The notes: a model not told the origin generated them from the sequence alone. 64,000 nucleotides of DNA from Candidatus Peregrinibacteria bacterium (GCA_016699755.1 CP065009.1:84937-148936); one strand, 5' to 3'. Positions 35,309-44,755 are shown, numbered from the stretch's first letter. Program-made: numbers and translations.

Positions 35309-36418
35309 ACTAACTTTCAAATAGAATTGGCAGAACCAGAAAAGCTCTTTCTTGTGTATTACTCTCTTTTTTATCACAAAAGAAAAGAATGGAATGAAAA
35401 TCTCAAAGGAAAGTATATTTATTTTGATGGAATCGTGAGAGGATGTATTGCAAGTGATGAAATCAAAAAATATTTGGAAGAGTTATATGAAGAAGAAATT
35501 TTGACTTCCTTTTATGTTTGGGATTACAAAATAGAAAAGAAGGAAGATGTTGATAAACTTTTTTTTATAGGTAAAAAAAAGCCAAAAGGGCTTTTAGAAG
35601 ACATAGGCTTTCTCAAAATATTTCCTGATATAGGTGGATATGGCGATTTTAAGCATTATGATTTATATGCGGAAATAAATGAAGAAAAAGCAGAACAATA
35701 TATTTCTGAATATCTTGAGAAGTGGAAAAAAAATGATCTTTATTTCACGGAATTCAATATTTTACGAAAAGAAAAGCAAATTGAGATGGTCGTCCAAGAT
35801 ATTTTTTCCATTATCAAAAATCATTCTCATACAAACTTCCTGATTCATTCAACGAGGATGAGCATAGGGGATGAAATGGATTTTGTTGCGACTGTTCTTT
35901 TTTTGCAAAGCGTAGGAGATATTCATATTTCTGGATTCTTTTCCAAAGGTACTAGGTATTACTCTTCTGAAAAAGAAACAATTCATTTCCGCATTACCCT
36001 TACCGAAAAATTCTTTGAAGACTTTACCTACAGCCAAAAATCAGGACTTGTCCATTTTGATTTTAAAGAACTGACCACAAAGGAAAAATACGAAAAAATA
36101 TTCTTTGACGCTCCCTACAGGATCTGGATAAACAAAACAGAATACCGAATGAACAAAGGAAAGTTTCCGTATGAACTTATGAATGCCTCCTTTGATGATA
36201 TGGCAATAAAAAGCGTTCCAATAGACGAATTAAAAACATTAATGAAACTGGAAGAAAAAGGCATCCAAAAAGGAATTGATAACTTCAGAATAACTCTGAG
36301 AGATAAATTTTCTTTCCCTGCAAATGAGCTCTTTTTCTCGGTACAAGATGGAGAAATAACCCTAAATCCAAAAATATTCAAAAAAAGGGAAAAAAAGGAA
36401 GAAATAGAAAAGAAATAG
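35306..36418 (+). CDS. hypothetical protein (370 aa), possible C-terminal OmpR/CadC-like winged helix
   Basis: Long ORF with coding-like composition. The tail ...FPYELMNASF...IDELKTLM...GIDNFRITLRDKF...ELFFSVQDGEITL resembles the Trans_reg_C pattern. This is weak, by eye only. Confidence 0.45.
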   Translation: MTNFQIELAEPEKLFLVYYSLFYHKRKEWNENLKGKYIYFDGIVRGCIASDEIKKYLEELYEEEILTSFYVWDYKIEKKEDVDKLFFIGKKKPKGLLEDIGFLKIFPDIGGYGDFKHYDLYAEINEEKAEQYISEYLEKWKKNDLYFTEFNILRKEKQIEMVVQDIFSIIKNHSHTNFLIHSTRMSIGDEMDFVATVLFLQSVGDIHISGFFSKGTRYYSSEKETIHFRITLTEKFFEDFTYSQKSGLVHFDFKELTTKEKYEKIFFDAPYRIWINKTEYRMNKGKFPYELMNASFDDMAIKSVPIDELKTLMKLEEKGIQKGIDNFRITLRDKFSFPANELFFSVQDGEITLNPKIFKKREKKEEIEKK

Positions 36419-36650
36419 GAATATTCTTAGGATTGCTCCTTTGTCAGAATAGGAGCATGAAAAAGCAAGCAGAAACCTCAATCAGAGAAACGGCATTCAG
36501 CACCTTTGAATTCTCCTGTCATTACCCCGAAGAAAACCCCATAGGAGCAGAAAAAGACATTGCTCATGTTCTCTCTCATGTAGGCGTTTTTGATACTTTG
36601 AAAAAAAATCAATCTTGATACCAAAATTCATTTGGGATACAGTACCCCCG

Positions 36651-38321
36651 ATGAAAGCATTTCCAAGTGAAAACAGCGGAAAAAGAAGAGTCGCCATTTA
36701 TATTCGTGTCTCAACTGCCGAACAAAAAATAGAAGGATACAGCCTTGAGGCACAACGGAAAAAACTCCTCGATTATGTGAATAATAACACTGCTCTCAAT
36801 CTCACTACAAAAGAAGAGTGGATTTTTACCGATACCCACACAGGAAGTGATCTTGTGCGTCCACAACTGGAAAAACTCAGAGAAGGAGTCCGAGAAAGAA
36901 AATTTGACGCGGTTTTGGTTTGGAAGATTGACCGCCTTTCTCGAAGCCTCAAGCACCTCCTCATGATGTTTGAAGAAATGGAAAAGCATGATGTCAGCTT
37001 TATTTCAGTACAAGAAAACATTGATTTCAAGGGTCCTATTGGAAAATTGATTTTTCAAATATTCGGAGCCATTGCCCAATTTGAACGGGAACTCATAAAA
37101 GGAAGAACACAAATGGGAAAAATCGCTTCAGCAGAAATGGGAAACTATACAGGAAATTCTATTCCTTATGGATATGAAGCCGTAAAAAATAAAAGTGGAA
37201 GAGGAAAGCGTCTCAAAATTATTCCACAAGAAAAGGAATGGGTTGAAAAGATGTATCAATGGTCAATTTATGAAGAAATGGGACTTGGACAAATTACCAA
37301 TCGCCTGAATACCCTTGGAGTTCCGAGAGGAAATCAAACAAAAGAAAAAAGCTTTCTTTGGACAGAAAAAATTGTCAGAAATATTCTCTCGAACCCAATC
37401 TACAGAGGGGAATTTGTAGCAAATAGGAAAGATGAAAATGGAAGAATTCTTCCTGAAGACAAGTGGACAGTGGTGGAAATTCCTCCTTGTGTCTCTGAAT
37501 TTACCTTTCAGCAAGCTCAGAATGCCCGTGGAGACCGAAAGGGAAGTGGAGCCGAGACAGACTACCTCTTGAGCGGAAAAATCAAAGACATGGGTCTTAA
37601 AAAGCCAAAGTCATTTGTTGGAAAAAAACGCTCAGATCATGCTTATTCTTACGCCAGAAAACAGTTTAAAGAAAAAGACGGAACGCCCCACCCTGTTTTT
37701 GAGATTCCTGCCAAACAAATTGAAGAATATGTTTGGGGAAAGATTATGGAAGCCATGCAAAATCCAGAAACTTTTATCAAAACCTACCTTTCTCAAGAAT
37801 ATTCTCAAAAAACCAGTATCGTCCAAATTGAAGAAGAAATTTCCCTCTTGCGAGAAAAGAAGGTGAATGTGGAAATGAATATATCCAGAATTGAAAATGC
37901 TTTTGAGAATGGAACTTATTCAGAAGAAAAAATGACAAAAAGAATTATGGAGAAGGAAGAAGAAATGAATCGAATTGAAGACGGCATACAAGAAAAAGAA
38001 GATAAACTTATTTTCTTAAGTTCTCTTGATATTGAAGTGGAAAAGCTCAAGAGTGCTTCAGAAGAAGTAAAATACCGACTGGAAAATTTGACCCCAAAAC
38101 AAAAGAAAATTCTCTGTAATTTGTTTGTTGATCGGATTGAAATGAATCGAACAAGGGAAGGTTCAAGATGGAAAGTAAGTGCGGAAATCTTCTTTCGGTT
38201 CAACCCTCAGAAGTTTAACAAGGGGAGTGAGGAGGGTAGAACTGGGGAAGACCTTGAAGAAAACGAAAAAAAGACTTCCTCGGAAGAAAAAGCCTTGAAT
38301 GGTGCCACGGGGCGGATTTGA
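36651..38321 (+). CDS. large serine recombinase (integrase)
   Basis: ATG at 36651. RVAIYIRVSTAEQ carries the catalytic Ser. Also DAVLVWKIDRLSRS and FGAIAQFERELIKGRT, then a recombinase domain and a coiled coil. The stop lies inside the tRNA gene. Confidence 0.85.
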   Translation: MKAFPSENSGKRRVAIYIRVSTAEQKIEGYSLEAQRKKLLDYVNNNTALNLTTKEEWIFTDTHTGSDLVRPQLEKLREGVRERKFDAVLVWKIDRLSRSLKHLLMMFEEMEKHDVSFISVQENIDFKGPIGKLIFQIFGAIAQFERELIKGRTQMGKIASAEMGNYTGNSIPYGYEAVKNKSGRGKRLKIIPQEKEWVEKMYQWSIYEEMGLGQITNRLNTLGVPRGNQTKEKSFLWTEKIVRNILSNPIYRGEFVANRKDENGRILPEDKWTVVEIPPCVSEFTFQQAQNARGDRKGSGAETDYLLSGKIKDMGLKKPKSFVGKKRSDHAYSYARKQFKEKDGTPHPVFEIPAKQIEEYVWGKIMEAMQNPETFIKTYLSQEYSQKTSIVQIEEEISLLREKKVNVEMNISRIENAFENGTYSEEKMTKRIMEKEEEMNRIEDGIQEKEDKLIFLSSLDIEVEKLKSASEEVKYRLENLTPKQKKILCNLFVDRIEMNRTREGSRWKVSAEIFFRFNPQKFNKGSEEGRTGEDLEENEKKTSSEEKALNGATGRI

Positions 38322-38376
38322 ACCGCCGACCTCGGGGTTATGAATCCCGCGCTCTTACCGACTGAGCTACCGTGGC
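38300..38376 (-). tRNA. tRNA with CAT anticodon (Met, or Ile2 if lysidine-modified)
   Basis: The reverse complement GCCACGGTAGCTCAGTCGGTAAGAGCGCGGGATTCATAACCCCGAGGTCGGCGGTTCAAATCCGCCCCGTGGCACCA folds as a cloverleaf. G1-C72 is paired, so it is not an initiator type. CCA is encoded. Confidence 0.85.
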
Positions 38377-38426
38377 AAAAAACGGATTTCATGCTATCAT
38401 GCTCTTGAGAAATTGCCAAGCATACC

Positions 38427-38924
38427 ATGTTTTCTCCTCTCTCTCTCGGTACTCACCAATCTTTTCCTGTTTTTTTACCACAAACACCAGTGCTTTTTTC
38501 TGGCACTCTTCTTACTCTACGAGATGGAACGCTCCGAACTCTTTTTTCTGAAAAAGAAGGGAAGTCCGATTTTTTACGAGGAGCAGTAATCTATTTTTGC
38601 GGTCCAACGCCTCCTCCCCTTGGAAAGCCTATTGGTTCGTGTGGTCCCACAACAAGTTCGCGTATGGAACCGTTTTTTCCAAATCTTATTTCTGCCGGAG
38701 TGCATGGCATTTTGGGAAAAGGGGAAATTTCAACGGCTTCTTCTAAGCTTCTTGCAGAGCACAATATTCCTTATTTTGGTGTGGTGGGTGGTATTGGTGC
38801 GTTTCTTGCTGAATGCGTGGAATCTGCTCATATCCTTGCTCTTCCCGAGCTTGGTGCAGAAGCGGTGTGGGAACTTACAGTAAAGAATTTTCCAGCGATT
38901 GCCCTGCCGTATCATTGTGAGTAG
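38427..38924 (+). CDS. Fe-S hydro-lyase beta subunit (class I fumarate hydratase / tartrate dehydratase C-terminal domain)
   Basis: GAVIYFCGPTPPPLGKPIGSCGPTTSSRMEPFFPNLISAGVHGILGKG...YFGVVGGIGAFLA...ELGAEAVWELTVKNFPAI. Confidence 0.7.
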   Translation: MFSPLSLGTHQSFPVFLPQTPVLFSGTLLTLRDGTLRTLFSEKEGKSDFLRGAVIYFCGPTPPPLGKPIGSCGPTTSSRMEPFFPNLISAGVHGILGKGEISTASSKLLAEHNIPYFGVVGGIGAFLAECVESAHILALPELGAEAVWELTVKNFPAIALPYHCE

Positions 38925-39480
38925 GTGGTTTTTTTTGAAGCCAGTCAGAAAGTTTTGTTTCGAGTTGAGGAAAAATATCATTCTGAAGCTTTTCCTGTTC
39001 TTCTTCCGAAAAATTTGAAAGAACAAATGTAGATGTATTAATTCCGTGTTCTGAGCGAAGCATAGTATCAACTCCTATTTTGAGGCGTGCGACATTCTCT
39101 GATCCCAAGAGATTTATAATATCTTTTATGCCATTATGCCCTCCAGAACTCCCTTTTTCTCGAAAGCGAATGTTTCCAAAGAACTGATCTTTATCATCAA
39201 AAATAATGAGAATGTCTTTTATGGGAATTTTCCAAAATTGCTGTGCGGCGAGCACAGATTTTCCCGAAAGATTCATAAAAGTTTCGGGGAGGAGGAAGCA
39301 GATCTTATCTAAGCAGAGTGGAGATACTCCTTCGGTTATGCTCCCGAAAAGTTTTTTTTGTTCCCGAAACTCTGGAAAATTCCATTTTTTTTGGAGAAAC
39401 TTTGCCGTCATCCATCCAACATTGTGTCGGGTATGTTCATATTTTTTGCCGGGGTTTCCGAGGAAGACAATGAGTTTCAT
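38875..39480 (-). CDS. pth: peptidyl-tRNA hydrolase
   Basis: In-frame ATG at 39480. MKLIVFLGNPGKKYEHTRHNVGWM..., then GSSGGHNGIKDI. Confidence 0.85.
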   Translation of the reverse strand: MKLIVFLGNPGKKYEHTRHNVGWMTAKFLQKKWNFPEFREQKKLFGSITEGVSPLCLDKICFLLPETFMNLSGKSVLAAQQFWKIPIKDILIIFDDKDQFFGNIRFREKGSSGGHNGIKDIINLLGSENVARLKIGVDTMLRSEHGINTSTFVLSNFSEEEQEKLQNDIFPQLETKLSDWLQKKPPTHNDTAGQSLENSLL

Positions 39481-39528
39481 GAGCAATACACATACTATCA
39501 TATTCCCTCAAAAATCGTGTAGCTACTG

Positions 39529-40791
39529 TTACGCTTTTCGTAGCGCATCAATCGGATTCATTTTTGCGGCTTTTCCTGCTGGGGCATAACCAAATACCAG
39601 TCCAACTCCAGCGGAAATCCCAATTCCTAAGACAATAGAAGAGGTGGGGAGAATAAAAGGCCAATCAAAAGTAAAGAGGTGCGCTACAACACTCACGAGG
39701 TAGGCAATACTGCTTCCGAGTCCTATTCCCAAAAATCCTCCCAAGAGACAAATAATAATCGATTCCGAAAGGAACTGAAACCGAATGGCAAATGGACTGG
39801 CACCAATTGCTTTTTTAAGTCCAATTTCTGAGGTTCGTTCTGTGACCGCTACATACATAACATTCATAATTCCTACGCCACCAACAACAAGCGAAATACA
39901 GGCAATGGAGAAAAGGAGGAGAGAGATGCCATTTGTTACGGTATTAATAATATCCATTGATTGGTCCATTGTGCGTACGACAAAATCATCTTTGTCTGGA
40001 TTTTTAATTCCATGGTTTTTTCGAAGAACACGTTCTGCTTGTGAAACCGTTGTGCTCAGAAGCTGTCGGTTTTTCATTTTGAGTCCGATAGCATTGACGT
40101 GATTTTGTCCGAGAATTTTCTTTTGTGCTGTTTTTATGGGGAGATATACAAAATCGTCTACTGTCATAAAGAACTTGAGTCCCATTTCTTCTGCAACGCC
40201 GATAACTCGAAAGTTTTTTTCGCCCATACGAATGTTCTGTCCTACAGCAGGAGAATCTCCGTAGAGCTCCTTTTTTATTCCACTTCCCAGTACTACAACT
40301 TGTGCGAGGGATTCATTTTCTTTTGGTGTAAAAAATCGTCCTTCCGAGAATGTTAAATTTTCTGTGGTAGCATATTCTGTATTTGTTGCCCAAAAGGTAG
40401 CTCGTTTTTCCGTTCCTTTGTGGGTAAATTTTTCTTGTCCCATAGCAAGAGTATAGCCTGTCTCTATGTTAGAAAGTTTGAGGAGACTATCTTTATCACC
40501 TGTGGTGAGGGTGGTAATTTGTATTCCAGTGACGAGGGCTTGTCCTGAAGTGCGGTCTTTTTCTGCACGACTTCCACGACTTGGTACCTGCACTTCAATC
40601 CATATTGTTTCTGGAGTAATACTTGCAATTTGATTCAAAATAAGCGCTCGTACGCCGGCGCCAACAGAGAGAACAATAATAACAATGGCAGTTCCTACTA
40701 TAATTCCAAGCGCAGTGAGCGCACTTCTCCCTGGGCTATTCCGAAGTGCCTTGAGTGAAAGCCGTAAAATTCCAAAGATGAGTCGTATCAT
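39529..40791 (-). CDS. ABC transporter permease, MacB/FtsX type
   Basis: N-terminal TM helix, a large extracytoplasmic domain, and a C-terminal FtsX-like 3-TM bundle (ERTSEIGLKKAIGAS). Confidence 0.8.
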   Translation of the reverse strand: MIRLIFGILRLSLKALRNSPGRSALTALGIIVGTAIVIIVLSVGAGVRALILNQIASITPETIWIEVQVPSRGSRAEKDRTSGQALVTGIQITTLTTGDKDSLLKLSNIETGYTLAMGQEKFTHKGTEKRATFWATNTEYATTENLTFSEGRFFTPKENESLAQVVVLGSGIKKELYGDSPAVGQNIRMGEKNFRVIGVAEEMGLKFFMTVDDFVYLPIKTAQKKILGQNHVNAIGLKMKNRQLLSTTVSQAERVLRKNHGIKNPDKDDFVVRTMDQSMDIINTVTNGISLLLFSIACISLVVGGVGIMNVMYVAVTERTSEIGLKKAIGASPFAIRFQFLSESIIICLLGGFLGIGLGSSIAYLVSVVAHLFTFDWPFILPTSSIVLGIGISAGVGLVFGYAPAGKAAKMNPIDALRKA

Positions 40792-42026
40792 TATTCGTAG
40801 CGAAGCGCATCAATAGGTTTAAGTTTTGCTGCACGTCGAGCAGGAGAAAGTCCAAAAACAATTCCGACAAAAAGTGCCACAAGAAACGAAATCCCCATAG
40901 AAAGTAGGGAAACAGAAAACACCCAATCGTATTCCAAATGCCATGCCACCGCCGCAATAACAAATGAGAAAAAGACACCAAAAAGAATGCCAAGAATACC
41001 TCCGGTTCCGGTGAGGAGAACTGCTTCCAAAAGGAATTGTCCCTGAATTTGTGACGGACGTGCGCCAATAGCTTTTTTGAGTCCTATTTCTCGAGTGCGT
41101 TCTGTAACACTCATGAGCATAATATTGGTTATACCAATCCCCCCTACCACCAAAGAAATAGCGGCAATACTCGCAAGGAAAAAGCGAAGGGCACTTGTAA
41201 TTCCACTTAAAATTTCCACGGCTTGCGAAAGTGAGCGAACGGAGAAATCATCATCCTTTGCATTTTTAATATCGTGTCGCTGACGAAGGAGCCTGCGGAT
41301 ACGCTCCATGGAAGAATTTACATTTTTTTCATTGTCTATTTTTATCCGCATAAGCCCTATGTGTCGTACGCCGAGAAGTATTTTTTGCGCAGTGGAAAGC
41401 GGAATAAAAAGTTGTGTATCAGGATTATTCACGAGAGAAGCCCCCTTTTTTTCCAGAACGCCAATGACACGAAAGGGGATACGGCGAATTGTGATTGTCT
41501 TTCCAATGGGGTCTGTATGCGGAAATAAATCTTCCTGAAGTTCACTGCCGAGTACTGCTACTTTTTTGGAAGCGCGTTCTTCCGCGGTAGTAAAAAACCG
41601 TCCGCGCTGAACGATATGATTTTCTACCATGGGATAATCTGCAGTAACACCGTTGAATGTTCCGTCGATACTTTCTTTTTCCGCTACAACTTCTCCGGTT
41701 CCATTGCTGTAGGCGGAGACACCCTCGATATTTGGCAGTTTTGCGACTGCGCGAGCATCGTCTATGGTAAGTGTAGTAATGGCAATGCCCATTGCCGATG
41801 CCGGAGGACCATTATCATTTGATGCACCAGGAAGCACACCCACTAAATTTGTCCCGATTTTTTTGACAGAAGAAGTAATAAGCGACTCTGCTCCGGCTCC
41901 TACAGACATAATCGTAATGACAGAAGCAATACCAATAATAATTCCAAACATCGTGAGGATAGTTCGGGTTTTGTTCTCCAGAATGCCCGAAAGCGCAAGC
42001 CGAAGCACAAGAAGTTGTGATTTCAT
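40791..42026 (-). CDS. ABC transporter permease, MacB/FtsX type (paralog)
   Basis: Same architecture as the previous permease (ERTREIGLKKAIGARPSQI). It overlaps both neighbours by 1 to 4 nt. Confidence 0.8.
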   Translation of the reverse strand: MKSQLLVLRLALSGILENKTRTILTMFGIIIGIASVITIMSVGAGAESLITSSVKKIGTNLVGVLPGASNDNGPPASAMGIAITTLTIDDARAVAKLPNIEGVSAYSNGTGEVVAEKESIDGTFNGVTADYPMVENHIVQRGRFFTTAEERASKKVAVLGSELQEDLFPHTDPIGKTITIRRIPFRVIGVLEKKGASLVNNPDTQLFIPLSTAQKILLGVRHIGLMRIKIDNEKNVNSSMERIRRLLRQRHDIKNAKDDDFSVRSLSQAVEILSGITSALRFFLASIAAISLVVGGIGITNIMLMSVTERTREIGLKKAIGARPSQIQGQFLLEAVLLTGTGGILGILFGVFFSFVIAAVAWHLEYDWVFSVSLLSMGISFLVALFVGIVFGLSPARRAAKLKPIDALRYE

Positions 42027-42745
42027 TCAGAATCTTCCGAAGAAGTGGGAGGGCAATGTTTTGTACAAATATCTTCTGTTATTTGCCCATCACGGATGAC
42101 AATTTTTCGTTCAGCATACGCTGCAATATCATCCTCGTGCGTTACCATAATAATGGTATTCCCTTCTTGATGAAGTTTTTGAAAAATCGCCATCACTTCG
42201 TTTCCCGATTTTGTGTCTAAATTTCCCGTTGGTTCATCCGCAAAAATAACCTTTGGATTGTTCACCAGTGCGCGAGCAATAGAAACGCGTTGTTGCTGTC
42301 CACCAGAAATTTGATTGGGTCGATGAAATATTCGATCCGAAAGTCCCACTTCTGCGAGAGCTTTTCGTGCACGTTCTTCTTGTTCTTTATCCGAAATACG
42401 TGCGTAAATCATTGGTAATTTTACGTTGTCGAGCGCGTTCATTTTTGAGAGAAGGTAGAACATCTGAAACACAAATCCAATCTTTCGGCTTCGGATTTCC
42501 GCAAGTTCTTCTTCATCAAATCCACGTGTTGATTCCCCGTCAAAAAAATATTCTCCTTCATCAGGAACATCCAAAAATCCCATAATATTCATGAGAGTCG
42601 ATTTCCCCGAGCCAGAAGGACCCATAATAGCAACAAATTCTCCTTTGGAAATTTCAAGAGAAATTCCTTTTAAAATATGCGCCGAAATCACTCCTGTTTG
42701 GTAGCTTTTGGTAATGCCAGAAAGAGAGAGTAGTGGGCGCGACAC
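42023..42745 (-). CDS. ABC transporter ATP-binding protein (MacB/LolD-like)
   Basis: Walker A (GPSGSGKST), signature ([15 protein letters not shown]) and Walker B ([11 protein letters not shown]). Confidence 0.9.
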   Translation of the reverse strand: MSRPLLSLSGITKSYQTGVISAHILKGISLEISKGEFVAIMGPSGSGKSTLMNIMGFLDVPDEGEYFFDGESTRGFDEEELAEIRSRKIGFVFQMFYLLSKMNALDNVKLPMIYARISDKEQEERARKALAEVGLSDRIFHRPNQISGGQQQRVSIARALVNNPKVIFADEPTGNLDTKSGNEVMAIFQKLHQEGNTIIMVTHEDDIAAYAERKIVIRDGQITEDICTKHCPPTSSEDSE

Positions 42746-42763
42746 AGGGAGATTAAGAAAAAG

Positions 42764-44755
42764 TTACCCGTCGGTTTTTTCATAGAGAATGACTCGTTCT
42801 CCTTCATTGAGTCCTTCAAGAACCTCTATAGCCTCTTCTCCTTCAAGTCCAGTTCGGATATTTTTCCGTATTTTTTCACCGTTTTCCAAAACAGAGACAA
42901 ATGCTTGTTCTCCTTCATATTGTAGGGCTTCTACGGGAATGGTGAGTGCTTCTTTTTTCTCTTCTGCCAAAATTTCCAAATCTGCTGTCATTCCCGAGCG
43001 CACTCGCTCATCGGGATTTGTGAGCGAAACCTTTATCTGATAATAAACGACTCCTTGAATTATGGTTTCTGCCGGATCAACATGGAATACTTCGCCCATC
43101 AGTTTTTCTCCGCTCGGAAAGGCATCAAAATCAATTTCTACTGGATCTCCCACATTTACTGGCAAAATATCGGTCTCTGGAACATTTGCAAGAATATAGA
43201 GTCCATCTGTTTTTATGGTGATCATATCTTCGGCAGTCGTAATGCTTTCTCCCGTTTCAAATGCAACGTCTGTCACTATTCCATCTCGTGGAGCTCTGAG
43301 AATTGTTTCTTCCAAATTTGCTCTCGCTCTTTTCCATGCAGAAAGTTTTTGATTCACATTTGCCTGGAGCGATGCCACATCTACACTGCGTGGTTCAGCA
43401 ATAAGTTGCTCGTGCTGTTTTTCTGTACTGAGGAGAGCGACTTTTTTGGTTCCAATCGTTCTCTGCGCACTAGCAACATTGACTGAATTTTCTGTTTTTA
43501 TGTTTTCGAGTGATTGCATAGCAATTTCAAGTGCACTCTGTGCAGTATCTACATTTGCTTTGGCGGTGTCGATTTCTTTGGATTTCGAAACATCTGCCGT
43601 ATCCTTATCGAGCACCGATCCAGAAATAATTTGTTCTCGATTCCGTACGGTTTCAAGTTCACTGGAGAGGGAATCTTGTCCAGTTTTTACTGTTCCGCGA
43701 AGTGTTTGGAGAACAGTTTCTGATAGGCTTTCTCCGGTGATGGAATTTTCGAGAGCGACAAAAGTCTCATCGAGCATGGTTTTTGCAGTAATGAGAAGTA
43801 CATCCATTTGTTCCAATAGTGCTGTGGAAGTTTCGGTATTCCAGTTTGGTATTATCTCTTCAAAATCACCTTCTATTCCCAAAAGACCAGTTTTGCTTTG
43901 ACGGTAGGCATCTTTTGCACGTCGTACGGCATCTTCATTTCGAAATCCGATAAATCTTCTTCGGTCGCTGTAACTTGTTGTATCAAATTCCAAAATATCA
44001 TCGGTAATAGCAATGGCATTTCGGACTTCATCAAGTGCAGAAATGATGGTTTTTTGTGCAGAAATAAGATCATCTGAAAGTCCTTTTTGTGCGCTTTCTT
44101 CTGTTTTTCCTCCCGATCTCACGGCATTTTCGTACGCAATTTTCGCATTTTCTAAAGTAATCTCAGCATTCTTTACTTCACGTTCTCCTTTTTCAATTCG
44201 CTGTTTTCCAAGCTGTTTTGTGTCTTGCAGTTCTTCTGCCGCATGTTTGAGTTCAAGCTGTGATTGTTCCTTTTTCACTTCAGAAACAGCGCGTTCTTCC
44301 CTATTTGGTCCTGCGTATTTTAAGTCGAGTTCTGCCTGTGCCATGTTGAGTGCCGCCTCTGCCTGTTCGACATCAATATTGAGCTGATTTTCCTCAAGAA
44401 GTGTAAGAATATCTCCCTTTTTTACCTCGTCTCCTTCGCCGACAAGGACATTAGAAATTTTTCCACCTCGTTCAAAACGGAGTCCAATAGTCGAGCCAGA
44501 TTCTGTGCTTCCACTGATATCAACAATATGATGAACGTCTTTTGTGGATACGGTTTCTGTGACATATTCCACCGCCTTTTCCTTTGGTCCCCAAAGTGCC
44601 CATCCCACAAGCCCAAGAATGGCGATGGTAAGTATTCGTCTTCCCCATTTTATCAGTTTTTTTCGGGTTCGCTTTTGGGAAATATCCGGTGATGAATTTT
44701 GCGAAGTATCAGTTTCCATATCTTTCGCTTCAATAAAGGCAAAAAATCCGCTCAT
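42764..44755 (-). CDS. HlyD/MacA-family membrane-fusion (adaptor) protein with a very long coiled coil
   Basis: N-terminal TM helix, a biotinyl-lipoyl-like segment (VGEGDEVKKGDIL), a coiled coil of about 300 aa, then beta-barrel segments. It is the first gene of the efflux operon. Confidence 0.7.
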   Translation of the reverse strand: MSGFFAFIEAKDMETDTSQNSSPDISQKRTRKKLIKWGRRILTIAILGLVGWALWGPKEKAVEYVTETVSTKDVHHIVDISGSTESGSTIGLRFERGGKISNVLVGEGDEVKKGDILTLLEENQLNIDVEQAEAALNMAQAELDLKYAGPNREERAVSEVKKEQSQLELKHAAEELQDTKQLGKQRIEKGEREVKNAEITLENAKIAYENAVRSGGKTEESAQKGLSDDLISAQKTIISALDEVRNAIAITDDILEFDTTSYSDRRRFIGFRNEDAVRRAKDAYRQSKTGLLGIEGDFEEIIPNWNTETSTALLEQMDVLLITAKTMLDETFVALENSITGESLSETVLQTLRGTVKTGQDSLSSELETVRNREQIISGSVLDKDTADVSKSKEIDTAKANVDTAQSALEIAMQSLENIKTENSVNVASAQRTIGTKKVALLSTEKQHEQLIAEPRSVDVASLQANVNQKLSAWKRARANLEETILRAPRDGIVTDVAFETGESITTAEDMITIKTDGLYILANVPETDILPVNVGDPVEIDFDAFPSGEKLMGEVFHVDPAETIIQGVVYYQIKVSLTNPDERVRSGMTADLEILAEEKKEALTIPVEALQYEGEQAFVSVLENGEKIRKNIRTGLEGEEAIEVLEGLNEGERVILYEKTDG

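Larger units (their letters stand above)
28544..38368. mobile_element. integrated genomic island (serine-recombinase type) at a tRNA(CAT) gene
   Basis: A 32-nt perfect direct repeat sits at both ends. The recombinase gene abuts the tRNA. The cargo is type III R-M, an ImmA-like protease and unknown genes, all on the + strand and visibly more A/T-rich than the flanks. Confidence 0.7.

Noticed and set aside
36433-36618. A 61-codon ORF just upstream of the recombinase, as an excisionase or recombination directionality factor.
   Set aside because: I recognised no HTH or known RDF motif, the start is uncertain, and position alone is not sufficient. It is mentioned only within the island module finding.
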